A stretch of 10,679 nt of DNA from a virus (lineage: Duplodnaviria > Heunggongvirae > Uroviricota > Caudoviricetes). Where the stretch lies: the IMG/VR virus record IMGVR_UViG_2711768034_000007, positions 1-10,679 of that record. One strand, 5' to 3'. The notes beneath the pieces are model-generated. The model saw only the letters and a list, made by a program, of their open reading frames with translations. It did no database searches and had not been told where the DNA came from. The position numbers and the translations under genes are program-made. Every line of letters begins with the position of its first letter. Position 1 is the first letter of the stretch. Below, piece after piece: positions 7,080 to 10,679 of this stretch.

Positions 7080-7463
7080 TCACCTTGCTGTCAGTTGTTT
7101 TGATTTCCTGTAGCCTGCCGCGTAAAGAGCTACATTTGGAAGACATACACCAGTTTCTGGTTGCTTATGTCCAAACTCATTCGCGTACACAATGGCCGCT
7201 CGCTCCAGATTGCGTCTGTATTCTTTCTGTTGCCAGATCACGTCCTGTGCCATGAACTTAATTGGCTTAGCGTCTTCTATGCGCTCAGGCGTTTCGTGAG
7301 TACCTTTAGCCTGAATCTGCGCTCTGCTTAGAGTAGGGCGGTGTAATACTTCTGAACTTATTGCTTCTTCGCGGGCCAGTACGCCGTTAGCTAATGCCTT
7401 TGCCTTTAAACGCTCACGACGACGAGAACGTGAATTGCCTTTGAACTGAGTTCTGCGTGTCAT
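7080..7463 (-). CDS. N: Antitermination protein N (P22 gp24 / phage 21 N-like), 127 aa
   Basis: First gene downstream of pL and nutL. Arginine-rich N-terminal motif (SRSRRRERLKAKALANG). C-terminus ...LPNVALYAAGYRKSKQLTAR closely resembles the P22 N-type C-terminus as I recall it. Strong SD (CAGGAGG) 5 nt upstream of ATG. Confidence 0.8.
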   Translation of the reverse strand: MTRRTQFKGNSRSRRRERLKAKALANGVLAREEAISSEVLHRPTLSRAQIQAKGTHETPERIEDAKPIKFMAQDVIWQQKEYRRNLERAAIVYANEFGHKQPETGVCLPNVALYAAGYRKSKQLTAR

Positions 7464-7628
7464 ATAGACCTCCTGATGAACTTTGGTGGTGTGGTAGGTG
7501 GGAGACCCATTTCGACCTGTTTCGGCCTACTTCAATTCGGCAATAGTCCCGCAGGCCTCGCCGCTTTACGTGCGACATATTCCCGTCCATGAACCATTCA
7601 CCACACCCCAAAGTTCACTTTGGTTATT

Positions 7629-7643
7629 GCGCTTTGTCAGCGC
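7629..7643 (-). promoter_or_regulatory. nutL boxB hairpin (P22-type)
   Basis: Minus-strand RNA reads GCGCUGACAAAGCGC (5-bp stem, 5-nt loop), about 60 nt downstream of the pL start; I recall this as the P22-type boxB sequence. No convincing boxA (CGCUCUUA-like) found upstream. Confidence 0.55.
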
Positions 7644-7704
7644 CGTAGATTCATATTCGAATCGTTGTATATTCACCGCCCTGGTGAGTAGTGCGTCCTG
7701 CTGA

Positions 7705-7740
7705 TGTGTTTAGTATCACCGCCAGTGGTATTTATGTCAA
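7705..7740 (-). promoter_or_regulatory. pL promoter (leftward early promoter)
   Basis: On the minus strand: -35 TTGACA (plus-strand 7735..7740), 17-bp spacer containing OL1, -10 GATACT (7712..7717), inferred start near 7705. Nearly identical to lambda pL as I recall it. Confidence 0.85.
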
Positions 7741-7774
7741 CACCGCCAGAGATAATTTATCACCGCAGATGGTT
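7714..7774. promoter_or_regulatory. OL operators: OL1 7714..7730, OL2 7738..7754, OL3 7758..7774
   Basis: Three 17-bp CI-binding half-palindromes read directly from the sequence: TATCACCGCCAGTGGTA, CAACACCGCCAGAGATA, TATCACCGCAGATGGTT, matching lambda OL1 to OL3 as I recall them. Confidence 0.9.
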
Positions 7775-7930
7775 ATCTGTATGTTTTTTATATAGATTTA
7801 TTTTTTTGCAGGGGTGTGTGGCTTGGGAGGTGATCGAGAGATCTGAATTGCGATGTTTAGTGAGTTGTATCTATTAATTTTCAAATAAATACAATTGGTT
7901 ATGTGTTTTGGGGCGAACGTGAGGCAAAGA

Positions 7931-7956
7931 AAACCCGGCGCGGTGGCCGGGTTTAT
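7931..7956. terminator. Hairpin terminator closing the cI-distal cassette (terminates leftward cI-operon transcription before OL/pL; potentially bidirectional)
   Basis: AAACCCGGC-GCGGTG-GCCGGGTTT: 6-bp GC stem extendable by A/T pairs, flanked by A-run on one side and T-run (TTTATTTATT) on the other. Immediately 3' of the stop (7957..7959) of the 216-aa gene. Confidence 0.6.
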
Positions 7957-8607
7957 TTATTGCTTAGGAGCTTGTTGTGATGACGATTGGTTAGTTGGAG
8001 CGCTCGTTAATGGTTGCTGTGTCGGTACCTGTATTATAATTGGAGCCGGGCTGGTTACTGATGGTGACTTGTCATTGCCGGAGATAATCCAACTTGAGGC
8101 TAACATCACGCCAGACAGAATCACAGTAACTAAAGTCAAGCCAACGGCCATCGCCCACTGAGTCGTTGTAAGTCCCGTTTTCAAACCGCCGATTTCACCT
8201 TTAATTTCAGCAATACCTCTCTCAATAGAAGAAAATTGCTGAGTATAATAGGTTTTAAAGTCAGCTGATTCGCGACGCATTTCCGCAGCAATAGACTCTA
8301 CCTCTGATTTGTTTTGTGAAAGCTTTGCGTCAAGTTCTTCTCTGGACATTCCGCTCACGCTTACCTCCAGGGTATCACTCTTCATCGCTACATCTTCCTT
8401 ACTTGGGCGCAAACCCGTTTCGTCCATGGCGTATGAAACTCTATTTGATACCTTAGCATCAATACCAATACTTTGGTACTGAGATGGATCCCCATAAGGA
8501 GAAACGGTTGTCGCTGCTAGGGTTGCACTAACTATAATACTTGGAAGAACTGATGATGTTGTTCCTGAGGTAGGTTGAACTGAAGAAACTGGCTTCAGTC
8601 TTTCCAT
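7957..8607 (-). CDS. Membrane-anchored protein (216 aa): S/T-rich N-terminus, predicted helical/coiled-coil middle, one C-terminal transmembrane helix, short S/P/Q-rich tail. Function unknown; occupies the rexAB slot
   Basis: Track ORF. Hydrophobic stretch WAMAVGLTLVTVILSGVMLASSWII near the C-terminus. ATG overlaps the stop of the upstream 88-aa gene by 13 nt (translational coupling). Terminator follows immediately. AT-rich. Confidence 0.55.
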   Translation of the reverse strand: MERLKPVSSVQPTSGTTSSVLPSIIVSATLAATTVSPYGDPSQYQSIGIDAKVSNRVSYAMDETGLRPSKEDVAMKSDTLEVSVSGMSREELDAKLSQNKSEVESIAAEMRRESADFKTYYTQQFSSIERGIAEIKGEIGGLKTGLTTTQWAMAVGLTLVTVILSGVMLASSWIISGNDKSPSVTSPAPIIIQVPTQQPLTSAPTNQSSSQQAPKQ

Positions 8608-8861
8608 AGCCCATTATCCCTGAGAGCTACCTGTAATGATTTTACTAATGCAACAGCTTGATCCGGGCTCATTGAGACTGACATGTTAGGGGTCAACTCA
8701 ACTTTTACTTGGAAGCTATTATTTCCTTGCTCATCAGACTGCATGTGATGCTCAAATTCATGGCGGTAAAAAGTAATGATTGTTTCAGCACGATCAGGCG
8801 TAATAAGAACTGATGTGGCGGTCATGTGCTGAGGTATGATTTTAATAGTGTTATCTGACAT
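8595..8861 (-). CDS. Hypothetical soluble protein (88 aa from ATG at 8861; track ORF extends to 9002), first gene of a coupled pair in the rexAB slot
   Basis: Start MSDNTIKIIPQHM... preferred: AAGGA SD about 5 nt upstream. Overlaps the downstream 216-aa gene. AT-rich. No family recognised. Confidence 0.5.
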   Translation of the reverse strand: MSDNTIKIIPQHMTATSVLITPDRAETIITFYRHEFEHHMQSDEQGNNSFQVKVELTPNMSVSMSPDQAVALVKSLQVALRDNGLWKD

Positions 8862-9053
8862 AAGTATCCTTTTTGTTTCCTTAGTATTTTTTTGCATTGA
8901 CATCAGAAATAGCGAATCCACAAGAGTATGAGTAAAGCTAATCAGTTTAGTGATACGGTGACTATTAAAGTGGTAAACCACATCAAAGCTCGCAGAGTGC
9001 ATACCAGGCTGTCACACATGACAAAGTAACGAGGATGCCTGATCTCATAGCGC

Positions 9054-9209
9054 TCAAAGAGACATGCCGATAATGGCATTAACCACGCATGACGCCATAA
9101 ACACGCCGCCAACGATGAAGCTGGCTTGGTTCTTCCTGGTAGCGCCAAGAGTCAACAGAACCACTGAAAGGGCAAAAAAAGGTATCGCGATTATGCTGAA
9201 CGTGTTCAT
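9054..9209 (-). CDS. Candidate small membrane peptide (51 aa, two predicted transmembrane helices)
   Basis: Hand translation MNTFSIIAIPFFALSVVLLTLGATRKNQASFIVGGVFMASCVVNAIIGMSL: two hydrophobic helices separated by RKNQ. GAGG about 5 nt upstream of ATG; 77 nt downstream of the cI stop. Below track cut-off; speculative. Confidence 0.3.
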   Translation of the reverse strand: MNTFSIIAIPFFALSVVLLTLGATRKNQASFIVGGVFMASCVVNAIIGMSL

Positions 9210-9286
9210 GTTGACCTCAACTTATTTCGATTCTCCATCACCCTTAATCCGCCGCCCCATGTGTTTGTTGTGATCCGTTGCTGGCC

Positions 9287-10003
<717 letters not shown>

Positions 10004-10010
10004 TTAAATC

Positions 10011-10083
10011 TATCACCGCAAGGGATAAATATCTAACACCGTGCGTGTTGACTATTTTACCTCTAGCGGTGATAATGGTTGCA
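10011..10083. promoter_or_regulatory. OR operators with divergent promoters pRM (leftward) and pR (rightward): OR3 10011..10027, OR2 10034..10050, OR1 10058..10074; pR -35 TTGACT 10048..10053, -10 GATAAT 10071..10076
   Basis: Sequence shows TATCACCGCAAGGGATA, TAACACCGTGCGTGTTG, TACCTCTAGCGGTGATA. The first two match lambda OR3/OR2 as I recall them; OR1 differs at one central position from my recollection (TACCTCTGGCGGTGATA). pR hexamers are 17 bp apart. Confidence 0.9.
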
Positions 10084-10091
10084 TGTACTAA

Positions 10092-10301
<210 letters not shown>

Positions 10302-10340
10302 GTAACACCGCTATTTTCACAATGGACATTCGTCCTACGT

Positions 10341-10353
10341 CGCTGACAAAGCG
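10341..10353 (+). promoter_or_regulatory. nutR boxB-like hairpin
   Basis: CGCUGACAAAGCG on the rightward transcript between cro and cII, same loop as the nutL boxB. Both nut sites are preceded by CUACG. Confidence 0.45.
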
Positions 10354-10439
10354 AGTCCCAATATATCTGACCAACTAAGGTCATATGCGTTTCCACGCAT
10401 ACCTTTCAACTAACTATTCACTATTGGAAATATTAAGAA

Positions 10440-10679
10440 ATGGAACAAACAAGTTACAGCAAACTATCACAGCGCGACGTTGATCGCGCAGAAACAGATT
10501 TACTCATCAACCTGTCAACGCTTACCCAGCGCGGTCTGGCAAAGATGATTGGCTGTCATGAATCGAAGATAAGCAGAACGGACTGGAGATTTATTGCTTC
10601 GGTCTTGTGTGCTTTTGGAATGGCATCAGACATCAGTCCGATTAGCAGGGCTTTTAAGTATGCATTGGATGAAATCACA
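10440..10679 (+). CDS. cII: CII-family transcriptional activator, 5'-partial at window end (at least 80 aa shown); not lambda CII
   Basis: Hand translation MEQTSYSKLSQRDVDRAETDLLINLSTLTQRGLAKMIGCHESKISRTDWRFIASVLCAFGMASDISPISRAFKYALDEIT... Position and an HTH-like segment (TQRGLAKMIGCHESKISR) parallel lambda CII, but the sequence is clearly divergent. No stop in window. SD weak. Confidence 0.55.
   Translation, partial: MEQTSYSKLSQRDVDRAETDLLINLSTLTQRGLAKMIGCHESKISRTDWRFIASVLCAFGMASDISPISRAFKYALDEIT

Noticed and set aside
7464-7712. boxA element (CGCTCTTA-like) upstream of nutL boxB
   Set aside because: No convincing match found by eye on the transcribed strand. Either boxA is divergent in this N type or I missed it, so only boxB is annotated.
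7895-8161. Plus-strand 88-aa ORF
   Set aside because: It begins in the AT-rich intergenic region, reads through the terminator hairpin and runs antisense to the 3' end of the 216-aa gene; Cys/Gly-rich junk-like translation.
8942-9273. Track ORFs 8942..9148(-) and 9064..9273(+) between the 88-aa gene and cI
   Set aside because: No SD and odd composition. The only plausible coding feature here is the 51-aa two-helix ORF in a different frame (9054..9209), itself low confidence.
7780-9286. Searched for rexA (about 279 aa) and rexB (about 144 aa, four TM helices) downstream of cI
   Set aside because: No ORF of the right size or character is present; the interval holds the unrelated AT-rich cassette instead.
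10384-10401. Small hairpin (TATGCG-TTTCCA-CGCATA) between nutR and cII as a possible tR1 terminator
   Set aside because: It is not followed by a U-tract, and lambda tR1 is Rho-dependent, so an intrinsic terminator is not expected here. Left uncalled.

Overview
This window is the early-left (pL) arm and immunity region of a lambdoid prophage, almost certainly in an enterobacterial (E. coli-like) genome. Nearly all genes are on the minus strand, read from pL at about 7.7 kb leftward to an excisionase-like gene at the left edge; int and attP would lie further left, outside the window. The immunity core looks lambda-type: cI (9287..10000, -), cro (10101..10301, +), and both tripartite operators OL (7714..7774) and OR (10011..10074) readable directly in the sequence. 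The phage is mosaic: N (7080..7463) has a P22-like C-terminus, both nut sites carry the boxB hairpin GCGCUGACAAAGCGC, and the partial cII (10440..end) is not lambda cII. The pL operon encodes N, an AT-rich 156-aa gene of unknown function, an intra-operon terminator, a 322-aa E/A/K/R-rich coiled-coil protein, cIII, a Kil-like peptide, a Rad52-like annealing protein, an SSB with an odd 15-residue C-terminal extension, a DEDDh 3'-5' exonuclease, several small hypotheticals, an Ead/Ea22-like protein, a DUF551-like protein and a putative excisionase. The most interesting locus is the slot between cI and OL, where lambda carries rexA-rexB: here it holds an AT-rich cassette of two translationally coupled genes (88 aa, then 216 aa with one C-terminal transmembrane helix), possibly preceded by a 51-aa two-helix membrane peptide, and closed by a hairpin terminator. 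I propose it as an uncharacterised lysogen-expressed exclusion or abortive-infection candidate. All homology statements rest on my recollection of reference proteins and motifs; no searches were run.
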